Assembly (NCBI GenBank): GCA_028824965.1
Contig: JAPKBD010000002.1
Span: 1 to 53,818, forward strand
DNA length: 53,818 nucleotides
Direction of reading: 5' to 3'
From: Alphaproteobacteria bacterium
GTDB lineage: Bacteria; Pseudomonadota; Alphaproteobacteria; GCA-2731375
In this document: positions 1-8,435 of the stretch, in pieces
Layout: each line of letters starts with the position of its first letter
Position numbering within the stretch: position 1 is the stretch's first letter
Position numbers and translations under genes: made by a program
Notes under the pieces: generated by a model
Seen by the model: only the letters and a program-made list of their open reading frames with translations
Databases searched by the model: none
Told to the model about the DNA's origin: nothing

Positions 1-141
1 ATAGCGCGGGAAGCCGGTGCCATGGTGACCCGTACTGATGGTGGTGGAGAGCCGATGTACAAAGGCGATGTCCTGGCCGCGAATGAGGCGATCCATGGCC
101 GTATGTTACGACTGATTCGCCACGCCCGCCGCCCAGCCTAA
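1..141 (+). CDS. C-terminal fragment of an inositol-monophosphatase (SuhB/HisN-like) family protein; 5' end lies outside the window
   Basis: Frame 1 is open from base 1 to TAA at 139-141. The tail IAREAGAMVTRTDGGGEPMYKGDVLAANEAIHGRMLRLI fits the C-terminal REAGG-x-V-x-D..G...(A)GN..H..L pattern of IMPase-family enzymes. Only 46 aa are visible. Confidence 0.4.
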   Translation: MAREAGAMVTRTDGGGEPMYKGDVLAANEAIHGRMLRLIRHARRPA

Positions 142-360
142 AAATCGCCGTTGTCAGACCCCGCCGGGAACTTCCAATTGAATAGCTGTCCACGGCCATA
201 ATTTCGCCAAGATTGTGCGGTCTCATAAGGCTGCGCTGGTATTTCTTGGACAAGGCGGGATCAACCAATTGAGAACAATAGACAAATTCGCCGCCCGCAG
301 TTGCCCGAACCCACGTCCTGGTCTATCGTGCCGACCACGAAGCGTAATATGGAAAAGCCG

Positions 361-510
361 AGAGCAATTCCTAAGAGTTAGGGGCATTTCCTCATCGGAA
401 ATGCTCTAGAGCAATTTTCAATTAATTGGGGTCGCTCTCGCGACCCAAGTGATTGGTTCAATTGCTCTTTCTTTAAGAGTTTGAGCATGTTTATTGTAAA
501 CATGCTCTAG
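361..510. repeat. Composite intergenic palindromic repeat. The core element (408-468) is bounded by AGAGCAATT/AATTGCTCT and flanked by two GAGCAT-type hairpins.
   Basis: Read directly. There is an 8-bp stem GCATTTCC/GGAAATGC (384-404). The terminal inverted repeat is AGAGCAATT (408-416) versus AATTGCTCT (460-468), with an inner hairpin GGGTCGC-tctc-GCGACCC (429-446). An 11-bp stem GAGCATGTTTA/TAAACATGCTC lies at 483-507. Related copies are at 8434-8503, 20443-20507, 40953-41079 and 43268-43382. Confidence 0.8.
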
Positions 511-566
511 TGTGAGAATTTTGGTGCACGATTTTTATTTGCCGCGAGACGCAACCGCGAAAGCCC

Positions 567-1916
567 ATGATAGCAAAATTTAAGCCATTCAAACCCTCCC
601 CGCAAAACCAACGCAGCGCACCCGCCGCCACATGTGGGCCATTAGTGCGGCAATTGGGGCGCCCGCTGGCACGATTTGCCACCATTCCCGGCATCGTACT
701 TCTGTCATTACTGGGAACATCGGCGCTGGGGACATTGGCACTGGGGACATCGGCACTGGCCCAACAAACCGTCTATCTTGGCGGTCAGGGAACGGCCGGG
801 GTTACAATCAATCTAAGCGCCATTTATGGCAGCCCCAGCGCATCCTATGTCGCACCTGCGCCATCAATGCAGCCAAATTTGCTGCCCGGACCGGGAACGC
901 TAGGTGGGCGCAAACTGTTGATCCCGAACTTGCGTCGCACCGCACCAATTCGGCCCCGCGCGCCCGTACATGCAAAGGCGTATGCCCCCGTTCGGGCGCA
1001 CCAACCGCCCAACCTGCAAATGCCCCGTGCTGCAAGGACGCCCATCGTGGCAACCAGAACGCCTGTAGCCGCGCCGCCTGCCCGACCCGCCCTGGCGAAA
1101 CGTACGGCGAAATTGCCCATGGCCAGGCTGCCTGCGCCCACAACGTCCTCACCGTCAACTGCGCCCCCGCGCAATACCCTCGCCCCACGGAGCCCAGCCC
1201 CACGAAGCGTCGTGAGCCCACCGCCACCACCTGCACCGGCGTCCATGGCGCCCGTAAAAGCGCCAGCAATAGCACCCATGAAGGCACCGGCAATACCGGC
1301 CCCGACCAAGCTGGCCCGACTGGCACCGCCACCGCCGCCCCCTCCGGCAGTGAAAGCACCATCTTTAAATGCGCCGCCGCCGCCAAGGGCGCCATTACCC
1401 AAAGCGCCTGAAATACAGCAACCTAAACCCATGGCTTCGGCACCTGCGGTACCTAAGGCACCTTCGGCTACGTCATTGGCCCCACCACCGCCACCACCGA
1501 CGGTCGTATCGAAGCAGTCCATCGCAAAATCCAGCCCATCATCCAGTACACCGGGGGCCAAGCCTTCGCAAACCCGTCAGCGTGTGGCGTCATTGACGCC
1601 GTCTGGCGATGATCTGTTGCAAGTGCGCTTTCGCGCCGGCAGTTCTGTTCTGACCCGGGACGTTGAAAGCCAGCTGAAGGCCATGGCAGTAAAGATCGAA
1701 CCAACAAACGCCCGCCTGCAACTCAAAGCCTACGCAGAAAGCAGTGGCAACGACACATCCAAGGCCCGTCGGTTGTCCCTGTCCCGGGCGTTGGCCGTGC
1801 GATCCTTTTTAATAGAGAACGGGTTGCGCAGTACGCGCATCGATGTTCGCGCACTCGGCATCGCGCGTGATGGCGGCGCACCGGACCGTGTAGATATTCT
1901 GCTGCTTGATCGGTAG
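567..1916 (+). CDS. Secreted or membrane-anchored Pro/Ala-rich protein with a C-terminal OmpA-like peptidoglycan-binding domain
   Basis: 449-aa ORF. It has an N-terminal hydrophobic segment (IPGIVLLSLLGTSALGTLALGTSALA) and about 300 aa of Pro/Ala-rich low complexity (PPPPPP runs). The C-terminus is OmpA-like (LQLKAYAESSGNDTSKARRLSLSRALAVRSFLIENGL...DRVDILL). The exact start is uncertain. Confidence 0.65.
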   Translation: MIAKFKPFKPSPQNQRSAPAATCGPLVRQLGRPLARFATIPGIVLLSLLGTSALGTLALGTSALAQQTVYLGGQGTAGVTINLSAIYGSPSASYVAPAPSMQPNLLPGPGTLGGRKLLIPNLRRTAPIRPRAPVHAKAYAPVRAHQPPNLQMPRAARTPIVATRTPVAAPPARPALAKRTAKLPMARLPAPTTSSPSTAPPRNTLAPRSPAPRSVVSPPPPPAPASMAPVKAPAIAPMKAPAIPAPTKLARLAPPPPPPPAVKAPSLNAPPPPRAPLPKAPEIQQPKPMASAPAVPKAPSATSLAPPPPPPTVVSKQSIAKSSPSSSTPGAKPSQTRQRVASLTPSGDDLLQVRFRAGSSVLTRDVESQLKAMAVKIEPTNARLQLKAYAESSGNDTSKARRLSLSRALAVRSFLIENGLRSTRIDVRALGIARDGGAPDRVDILLLDR

Positions 1917-1987
1917 GCAAGAACAAAAAGGGGTGGGCAAATGGCACAAACGGAACATTACAGGGCAGGCATTTGTAAGGTCGCGGC

Positions 1988-3139
1988 ATGACGAAGCCTG
2001 ATCGCTATCTGGTTCGCATGGTGATCTTCCTGGTCCTGGTGGCAGGTGCCGCCCTTTTGCTTTACCGCCCCCTTATCCAGGCATTTCAGGCCAATGCCGT
2101 GCTTAACGGATTGATCCTGGGCACCCTGCTTTTTGGCATTATCTACGCTTTTCGCCAGGTCCTGATGTTGCGTCCCGAAGTCGAATGGGTTGAAACCTTT
2201 CGCCGCTCTGACCCCGGACTATCCGTACAACGGGAACCGACCTTACTGGCCCCCATGGCGACTATGCTGGGGGAACGCACAGGTGCGACGGCGGGAGGGC
2301 GCATGTCCCTATCTGCGCTGTCCATGCGCTCCATGCTGGATTCTATTCATTCCCGCCTGGATGAAAATCGGGATATGTCGCGTTATCTCATTGGCCTGTT
2401 GATCTTTTTGGGTCTATTGGGGACTTTCTGGGGTTTGTTGGAGACGGTCGGTGCCGTCGGTAAAACCATTGGCAGCCTATCAGTTGCCGCGGGTGATTTC
2501 GGGACCATATTCTCAGACTTGAAAGACGGCCTGCAATCCCCCCTGAATGGCATGTCTATTGCGTTTTCATCCTCGTTGTTCGGCCTGGCCGGCAGTTTGG
2601 TACTGGGCTTTTTGGAACTTCAGGCCAGCCAGGCGCAAAACCGTTTTTACAATGACCTGGAAGAATGGCTGTCCAGCTACACCCGCCTGTCCAGTGGCGG
2701 TGGCTTAGGCGAAGGTGACCAGTCCGTCCCGGCCTATGTCCAGGCCCTGTTGGAACAAACCGCCGACAGCCTGGAAAACCTGCAGCGGACCATTTCCCGA
2801 TCTGAAGATGGCCGTGGCTCGGCCCAGAATACGATGATGGCCCTGGTCGATAAATTGTCGATCCTGACGGACCAGATGAAGGCGGAACAAGGCCTGATGG
2901 TCAAGCTGGCGGAAAATCAGATGGAAATCCGCCCCGTTTTGCAAAGCCTGTCGAACCATCTGGACGGCCAGGAGTTTGGCCTTGATGAAGCCTCCCGCAC
3001 CCATTTGCGCAATTTGGATGTCTACGTCATGCGCTTGTTGGAGGAAATGAGCGAGGGCCGCAATCAAACGGTCGCGGAACTACGCAGTGAAATAAAATTG
3101 TTGGCGCGGACCATCGCGGCAATGACGGACAATCGATAA
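1988..3139 (+). CDS. MotA/TolQ/ExbB-family proton-channel subunit with a ~170-aa C-terminal coiled-coil tail
   Basis: 383 aa with four hydrophobic helices. Family-typical segments are LGLLGTFWGLLETVGAVG and MSIAFSSSLFGLAGSLVLGFLEL. The region after the last TM is heptad-rich (LLEQTADSLENLQRTI..., LVDKLSILTDQMKAEQGLMVKLAENQ...). Confidence 0.75.
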   Translation: MTKPDRYLVRMVIFLVLVAGAALLLYRPLIQAFQANAVLNGLILGTLLFGIIYAFRQVLMLRPEVEWVETFRRSDPGLSVQREPTLLAPMATMLGERTGATAGGRMSLSALSMRSMLDSIHSRLDENRDMSRYLIGLLIFLGLLGTFWGLLETVGAVGKTIGSLSVAAGDFGTIFSDLKDGLQSPLNGMSIAFSSSLFGLAGSLVLGFLELQASQAQNRFYNDLEEWLSSYTRLSSGGGLGEGDQSVPAYVQALLEQTADSLENLQRTISRSEDGRGSAQNTMMALVDKLSILTDQMKAEQGLMVKLAENQMEIRPVLQSLSNHLDGQEFGLDEASRTHLRNLDVYVMRLLEEMSEGRNQTVAELRSEIKLLARTIAAMTDNR

Positions 3140-3172
3140 CCTCAAAACGACAAAGGGCAGCTGAACCTCGCA

Positions 3173-4492
3173 ATGGCCAGACGACGCAATAGTTCCGCCA
3201 ATTCAGCCAATATCTGGCCGGGATTCGTTGATGCGCTGGCCGCATTGTTGTTGGTCATTATCTTTTTATTGGTGGTCTTTGTGCTGGCCCAGGTGCTGTT
3301 GACCCAGGCTATTTCCGGCAAGGATGAGGCCTTGGACAGGCTAAACCGCCAGGTCAATGAATTAGCGGACCTGCTGGACCTGGAACGGCAGGCGAACGCA
3401 GACCTGCGCCTTAACATCGCGCAATTGTCATCCTCCCTACAAACCACAGTGGCGGGTCGTGACCAACTGCAGGTGCAATTGCGGCAGATGAGAAACCGCG
3501 CTGAAAGTGCGGAAGTAGCCCTGGCCGCAGCAAAAAACCGGGCCCAAACCAGCCGTGAAGAAACAGAACGGCATTTGCTGGAGCTGGAGAGTCTGCGCCG
3601 GGACGTGGAGGCATTGCGCAAATTGCGGGGCACGCTGGAGGCGCAAGTCGGCACCTTGGCGCAAAAACTGGCGGCGCGGGAAGTCGAACTAGGCACCCTG
3701 CGCGATCGCAGCAAGGCCCTGCAGGCGGAACTGTCTAAGGAACACGAGCGCACCCTGTTGGCGCAACAGGAGATTGAGGAGCGGAAGATCCGGCTATCTG
3801 AATTGCTGGACCTCTACACCCAACTGGAAGAAGATTATAAGACGGAGCGGGCCTTGAGCACGGAGCAGAAAAGCCAGGTTGGCCTTTTGAACCAGCAGAT
3901 CTTGGCCCTGCGTCGGGAAATCCAGATGCTGAACGCCGCCCTTGAAGCATCGGAGACGAAGGATCGCAAGGACGAGGCGACCATATCCGACCTTGGCAAA
4001 CGCCTGAACCGGGCCTTGGCAAGCAAGGTGCAGGAACTGACCCGCTATCGATCAGAATTCTTTGGCCGGCTGCGTGAGGTGCTGGGACAACGCCAGGGCG
4101 TGCGCATAGTTGGTGACCGCTTTGTCTTCCAGTCCGAAGTGCTATTCACCTCCGGTTCCGCCCTCCTTGGTGTCGCCGGCCAGGGTCAGATCGCCCAGTT
4201 GGCGGCCACCTTGGTGGAAATCTCCCATCAGATCCCGAAAGAGATTAATTGGGTCCTGCGTGTCGATGGCCATACGGACGCGATCCCCATAAAGACGTTG
4301 AAATTCCCCTCCAACTGGGAGCTGTCGTCGGCCCGCGCCATCGCCGTGGTGAAGTTCCTGGTGGAACAAGGCGTGCCTGCCAATCGTTTGGCCGCAACAG
4401 GCTTTGGAGAATTTCAGCCCCTGGATGCCCGCGCAGGCGAAATCGCCAACCGCCGAAACCGGCGCATAGAATTCAAACTGACCCAGCGCTAG
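3173..4492 (+). CDS. MotB-like subunit: single TM with a conserved Asp, ~250-aa coiled coil, and a C-terminal OmpA-type peptidoglycan anchor
   Basis: 439 aa. The N-terminal WPGFVDALAALLLVIIFLL matches the MotB/ZorB-type TM with its Asp. Residues ~45-300 are continuous L/E/Q/R/A heptads. The C-terminus VDGHTDAIP...NWELSSARAIAVVKFL...GFGEFQP...NRRNRRIEFKL is OmpA_C-like. Confidence 0.75.
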   Translation: MARRRNSSANSANIWPGFVDALAALLLVIIFLLVVFVLAQVLLTQAISGKDEALDRLNRQVNELADLLDLERQANADLRLNIAQLSSSLQTTVAGRDQLQVQLRQMRNRAESAEVALAAAKNRAQTSREETERHLLELESLRRDVEALRKLRGTLEAQVGTLAQKLAAREVELGTLRDRSKALQAELSKEHERTLLAQQEIEERKIRLSELLDLYTQLEEDYKTERALSTEQKSQVGLLNQQILALRREIQMLNAALEASETKDRKDEATISDLGKRLNRALASKVQELTRYRSEFFGRLREVLGQRQGVRIVGDRFVFQSEVLFTSGSALLGVAGQGQIAQLAATLVEISHQIPKEINWVLRVDGHTDAIPIKTLKFPSNWELSSARAIAVVKFLVEQGVPANRLAATGFGEFQPLDARAGEIANRRNRRIEFKLTQR

Positions 4493-4495
4493 GCT

Positions 4496-5845
4496 TCAGC
4501 TCGTAGTCGGAAAGAACTGGTTCTCCGGGCGGGGCAGCCCGAGATTTTCGCGCAAAGTCGCGCCCTCATATTCACGGCGAAACAGCCCCCGGCGCTGTAA
4601 TTCGGGGACCACTTTGTCGACGAAATCGTCCAGGCCACCTGGCAGATAGGGGAACATGACGTTGAAGCCGTCACAGCCGTCTTCCATCAACCATTCCTCC
4701 ATCTGATCGGCAATCATGGCGGGCGTACCAACCATGGCCAGGCCGGAATAGCCACCCAGACGCCCGGCCAGTTGGCGCACCGACAGCCCTTCGCGTGCGG
4801 CGAGGCGTAGTACCCGTTCGCGACCGCTTTTGGAATCATTACTTTCCGGAATATCCGGCAATGGCCCATCAGGATTGAAACCGGAGGCATCCGTCCCCAA
4901 CGCAATGGAAAGGGAGGCAATACCACTGTCGTAATGCACTAGGCTATCCAACAGGGCGCGTTTTTCCTTTGCCTCCTCCACCGTATCGCCAACCACGACG
5001 AAGGCACCAGGTAGCACCTTTAAATGATCGCGGGGACGGTCCAGTTTATCCATGCGGCCCTTGACGTCGGCATAGAACGCCTTGCCATCCGCCAGGGTCG
5101 GTGTGGCGGCAAAGATTACCTCTGCCGTTTCCGCTGCCAATTGACGTCCCGCCTCGGACGCCCCCGCTTGAACGATGACGGGCCAACCCTGGATCGGCCG
5201 GGCAATATTCAAAGGTCCGCGAACGGACAAATATTCGCCCTTGTGGTCGAGCACATGCATCTTGTCCGTATCAAAATAAATCCCAGCATCGGGATCACGA
5301 ATGAAGGCATCGTCGGCCCAGCTGTCCCACAAACCCGTCACCACATCCACGTACTCCCGCGCCCGGGCATAGCGGTCGCCGTGGTCCATATGCGCTTCCA
5401 TACCAAAGTTCAGGGCCGCATCCGGGTTCGAGGTGGTGACCATGTTCCACGCCGCCCGGCCACCACTAATATGATCGAGGGAGGCAAAACGCCGGGCTAC
5501 AGTATAGGCGGGCTCAAACGTTGTTGAGGCGGTGGCGATCAGGCCCAAATGCTCCGTCACCATAGCCAGGGCGGGCAACAGGGTCAGGGGATCGAACGAG
5601 GTGACCGTGGCGCTGCGTTTAAGGGCATCCATGGGCATGTTCAAAACTGCCAGATGATCGGCCATGAAAAACGCGTCGAAGCGTCCCCGCTCCAATGTTT
5701 GGGCAAACTTTGTGATGGCCTTCAGATTGAAATTCGCATCGGGCGTGCCGCCGGGATAGCGCCAGGCGGCGGTATGGATGCTGACCGGGCGCATAAACGC
5801 GCCCAACCTTAGTTGACGTTTGCGGGATTGTGGTTGGCTGCTCAT
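4496..5845 (-). CDS. LLM-class flavin-dependent monooxygenase (NtaA/SnaA/DszA family)
   Basis: 449 aa. The N-terminus LRLGAFMRPVSIHTAAWRYPG...FDAFFMADHLAV and the overall length are typical of nitrilotriacetate-monooxygenase component A-type enzymes. Its start overlaps the stop of the upstream gene by 4 nt. Confidence 0.8.
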   Translation of the reverse strand: MSSQPQSRKRQLRLGAFMRPVSIHTAAWRYPGGTPDANFNLKAITKFAQTLERGRFDAFFMADHLAVLNMPMDALKRSATVTSFDPLTLLPALAMVTEHLGLIATASTTFEPAYTVARRFASLDHISGGRAAWNMVTTSNPDAALNFGMEAHMDHGDRYARAREYVDVVTGLWDSWADDAFIRDPDAGIYFDTDKMHVLDHKGEYLSVRGPLNIARPIQGWPVIVQAGASEAGRQLAAETAEVIFAATPTLADGKAFYADVKGRMDKLDRPRDHLKVLPGAFVVVGDTVEEAKEKRALLDSLVHYDSGIASLSIALGTDASGFNPDGPLPDIPESNDSKSGRERVLRLAAREGLSVRQLAGRLGGYSGLAMVGTPAMIADQMEEWLMEDGCDGFNVMFPYLPGGLDDFVDKVVPELQRRGLFRREYEGATLRENLGLPRPENQFFPTTS

Positions 5846-6447
5846 TTTTGTCTTTCAATCTCTGCTTCCACATCGGACAGGCGGTCTTTGCCAAAGAATA
5901 TCTCATCACCCACATAGAAGGTCGGGCTGCCGAAAGTCCCTCGTTCGACCGAAGCCTTGGTGTTGGCCAGCAACTCATCCTTCACTGACTGGTCCTGAAT
6001 GCCTGCCAGAATCTCTGCGCCATCAAAGCCGGATTGCCCAAGGGCGGCGGCAATGACATCTGCATCATCCATTTTCTTCGGCTCCTCCCACATATGGCCG
6101 TATACGGCGTCCACATAGTCCGCCAGTCGGTCCATCCGTTGGGCCAGAACGGCACCACGCATAATTTGCACCGTATTGACGGGGAAATGGGGATTGCGGT
6201 TATATGCAGTCAAATCGTGTTTACGGACAAATCGGTCCATCTCCAGTCGGCCATATTCGTTTTTGTTTTTGATGCCGTGAAATTGTTCCATTGGCGATTT
6301 GTTGTTGGTCAGTTTAAAAACACCCCCCAGTAACATCGGAACGTAAGTACAGGCCACACCCGTGCGCTTGACCAGGTCCGGCAGGACCTTGTGACAGAAA
6401 TAAGCGTTGGGACTTCCGAAATCGAAATGAAATTCAAAATTGGGCAC
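5842..6447 (-). CDS. 2-hydroxychromene-2-carboxylate isomerase / DsbA-like thioredoxin-fold protein
   Basis: Motifs FEFHFDFGSPNAYF and GTFGSPTFYVGDEIFFGKDRL. I place the start at GTG 6447, preceded by GGAA 8 nt upstream. The ORF-track start at 6531 would overlap the divergent MFS gene start and adds an atypical 28-aa extension. Confidence 0.7.
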   Translation of the reverse strand: MPNFEFHFDFGSPNAYFCHKVLPDLVKRTGVACTYVPMLLGGVFKLTNNKSPMEQFHGIKNKNEYGRLEMDRFVRKHDLTAYNRNPHFPVNTVQIMRGAVLAQRMDRLADYVDAVYGHMWEEPKKMDDADVIAAALGQSGFDGAEILAGIQDQSVKDELLANTKASVERGTFGSPTFYVGDEIFFGKDRLSDVEAEIERQK

Positions 6448-6529
6448 GATGTATATTCCTATGTCGCAATTACTGCAGTTGTTCTTGAGGGCTTTGGACG
6501 AATGATATCCGTCGGCTTGGAATTTAGCC

Positions 6530-7753
6530 ATGCATGAAACCGATACCTCACTGTGGCGTGATTATCGCGCCCTGTCCTTTGTCATCTGGCTATCCATCGC
6601 CCAGACCGTGTCATGGGGCATCATGTTCTATGGCTTTGCCGTCTTCATCAAACCCCTGACGACAGAGTTTGGTTGGAGCAAAGCGGAGATCACCGGCGCC
6701 TTTACTTTGTCTTTGTTTGTGGTCGGCCTCGCCTCCATCAGCGCGGGCAGTATTCTGGACCGTTTCGGTGGACGTACATTGATGACGGGGGCATCCGCCT
6801 TGGGCGCCGTTTTGATGGTCGCAGCGGGGCAGATTGAGGGGCTGGCGGCCTATTATGTGGTCTGGGTCGGTTTAGGGCTGGCCATGTCGGCGACATTATA
6901 TCCATCAGGCTTTGCCGTCGTCGTCGCCACCCTGGGCAGTCGTGCACGCCAGGGCATTACCGTCATGACGTTGATCGCCGGTTTCGCCAGCACGGTCTTT
7001 ATCCCTCTGATCAGCTTCATGGTCGATCATATCGGCTGGCGCGACAGCTTTTCATGGCTGGGCGTAATATTGTTGGTGGTTTGTGTGCCGATCCATTTGG
7101 TTGTCCTGCGTCTGGAACGGGTGCCGGGCGCGGGTCAGACGGAGCGACCACGCATATTTTCCATCGATACAAAATCGGGGCCAGTTGCTGCTGGTTTGCG
7201 CAATCCGGCTTTTTGGTGGATCGGTGTGTGCCTGACCGCGAACTCGTTCGTCATGGCGGGCGTTACCGTGCATATCATTCCCCTGATGTTGGAGCGCGGC
7301 TTTGCCATGGCGACGATAGTTGGCACCATTGCCATGATCGGCCCCATGCAGGTCGCAGGCCGCGTCGTGGTCACGGTTTTCGAAAGATGGCTGGACTTCC
7401 GCAAGGCGGGCCTTGTTTCAGGTATATTTCTGTTGATCGGCTTTGCCCTGCTGGCCCAGGTTCAGCCTGACAACTATTTCAATTATCTGTTTCCCATCTT
7501 CTATGGCGGATCGTTGGGCATCATCACCATTGTTCGCGGCATCGCGGTGCCGGAGCTGATCGGCCCGGAAGCCTATGGTGCCCTGAACGGCATAATCGGC
7601 CTGGCCTCCGCCTTGGCGCTGGCGGCGGCACCAGTGCTGTTATCCTGGGTTTGGTTGATCGGAGGATCCTATACCGCGCCCTTGATCCTGCTGTTCGCCG
7701 TCGCCTTGCTTTCATTGCTGAGTTTTCTTGTCGCAGCGCGACGAAAGATCTAA
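6530..7753 (+). CDS. MFS transporter
   Basis: 407 aa with about 12 hydrophobic helices. It carries an MFS-type loop (ILDRFGGR). Confidence 0.75.
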   Translation: MHETDTSLWRDYRALSFVIWLSIAQTVSWGIMFYGFAVFIKPLTTEFGWSKAEITGAFTLSLFVVGLASISAGSILDRFGGRTLMTGASALGAVLMVAAGQIEGLAAYYVVWVGLGLAMSATLYPSGFAVVVATLGSRARQGITVMTLIAGFASTVFIPLISFMVDHIGWRDSFSWLGVILLVVCVPIHLVVLRLERVPGAGQTERPRIFSIDTKSGPVAAGLRNPAFWWIGVCLTANSFVMAGVTVHIIPLMLERGFAMATIVGTIAMIGPMQVAGRVVVTVFERWLDFRKAGLVSGIFLLIGFALLAQVQPDNYFNYLFPIFYGGSLGIITIVRGIAVPELIGPEAYGALNGIIGLASALALAAAPVLLSWVWLIGGSYTAPLILLFAVALLSLLSFLVAARRKI

Positions 7754-7799
7754 TACCAACGTGCCGTGATAATGACCATATGGGAAAAGGGGTTCTGGT

Positions 7800-8435
7800 T
7801 TGGCGCAGGAAGAACGCAGGCTGGCAGCGGTCGTGCAAGCTGACGTGGTGGATTATTCCCGCCTGATCGGCCTGGATGAGGACGGTACCCGCGTTCGGTT
7901 GCAGGCCCACCGGGCCGAATGGATTGACCCCAAAATTGCCGAACATGGTGGCCGCATCGTCAAGACTATGGGTGACGGCCTGTTGCTGGAATTTGCCTCC
8001 GCCGTTAATGCCACCCACTGCGCCATAGACATTCAATCCGGCATGATCTATCGAAACGCCGGGTTGGACGACGATCAGGCGATCAGGTTCCGCATTGGCG
8101 TTAATCTAGGTGACGTCGTCGTCGACGGCGATGATATCTATGGCGACGGGGTCAATGTCGCAGCCCACCTGGTGGCCTTGGCAGAACCCGGCAACATCTA
8201 TCTTAGCCGGGCGGCCCGTGATCAAGTGTTGGACCGCATAGACCTCCCCCTAGAAGAAGCGGGCGAGGTCGAAGTGGAGAATATCGCCCAGCCCGTACAG
8301 ATCTTTCGAATAACCTTGAAAATCGCATTAAAACCCAGCATCACAGGGGGCCTGACGCGTTCTCACCGCTACGGCCTCGCCGCCGTGATTGCTATACTGG
8401 TCGCCTATTACTCCTACGATATCTGGTACGGCTAG
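7800..8435 (+). CDS. Class III adenylate/guanylate cyclase domain protein with a C-terminal TM helix
   Basis: Motifs RRLAAVVQADVVDYSRL...GGRIVKTMGDGLLLEFASAVNA...RIGVNLGDVVVDGDDIYGDGVNVAA. TTG start with AAGGGG 8 nt upstream. The hydrophobic tail is YGLAAVIAILVAYYSYDIW. The TAG stop lies inside the repeat terminus. Confidence 0.75.
   Translation: MAQEERRLAAVVQADVVDYSRLIGLDEDGTRVRLQAHRAEWIDPKIAEHGGRIVKTMGDGLLLEFASAVNATHCAIDIQSGMIYRNAGLDDDQAIRFRIGVNLGDVVVDGDDIYGDGVNVAAHLVALAEPGNIYLSRAARDQVLDRIDLPLEEAGEVEVENIAQPVQIFRITLKIALKPSITGGLTRSHRYGLAAVIAILVAYYSYDIWYG

Noticed and set aside
215-409. 64-aa ORF in the long spacer upstream of the stator-like cluster
   Set aside because: There is no RBS and no recognisable domain. 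It runs into the repeat element and is most likely non-coding.
632-1561. Three long overlapping ORFs (632-1411 +, 808-1395 -, 845-1561 -) inside the Pro-rich gene
   Set aside because: These are shadow ORFs produced by GC-rich, CCN/GCN-biased low-complexity coding sequence. Their products are Gly/Ala/Arg-rich nonsense without domains. Only the 567-1916 frame ends in a recognisable OmpA-like domain.
567-4492. Canonical Zorya (ZorABCD/ZorABE) defence system
   Set aside because: Only the MotA/MotB-like pair is present. No ZorC/ZorD (helicase/nuclease) or ZorE (HNH) type genes are adjacent. The A-subunit tail is much shorter than in ZorA. I report it only as a stator-like module of unknown output.
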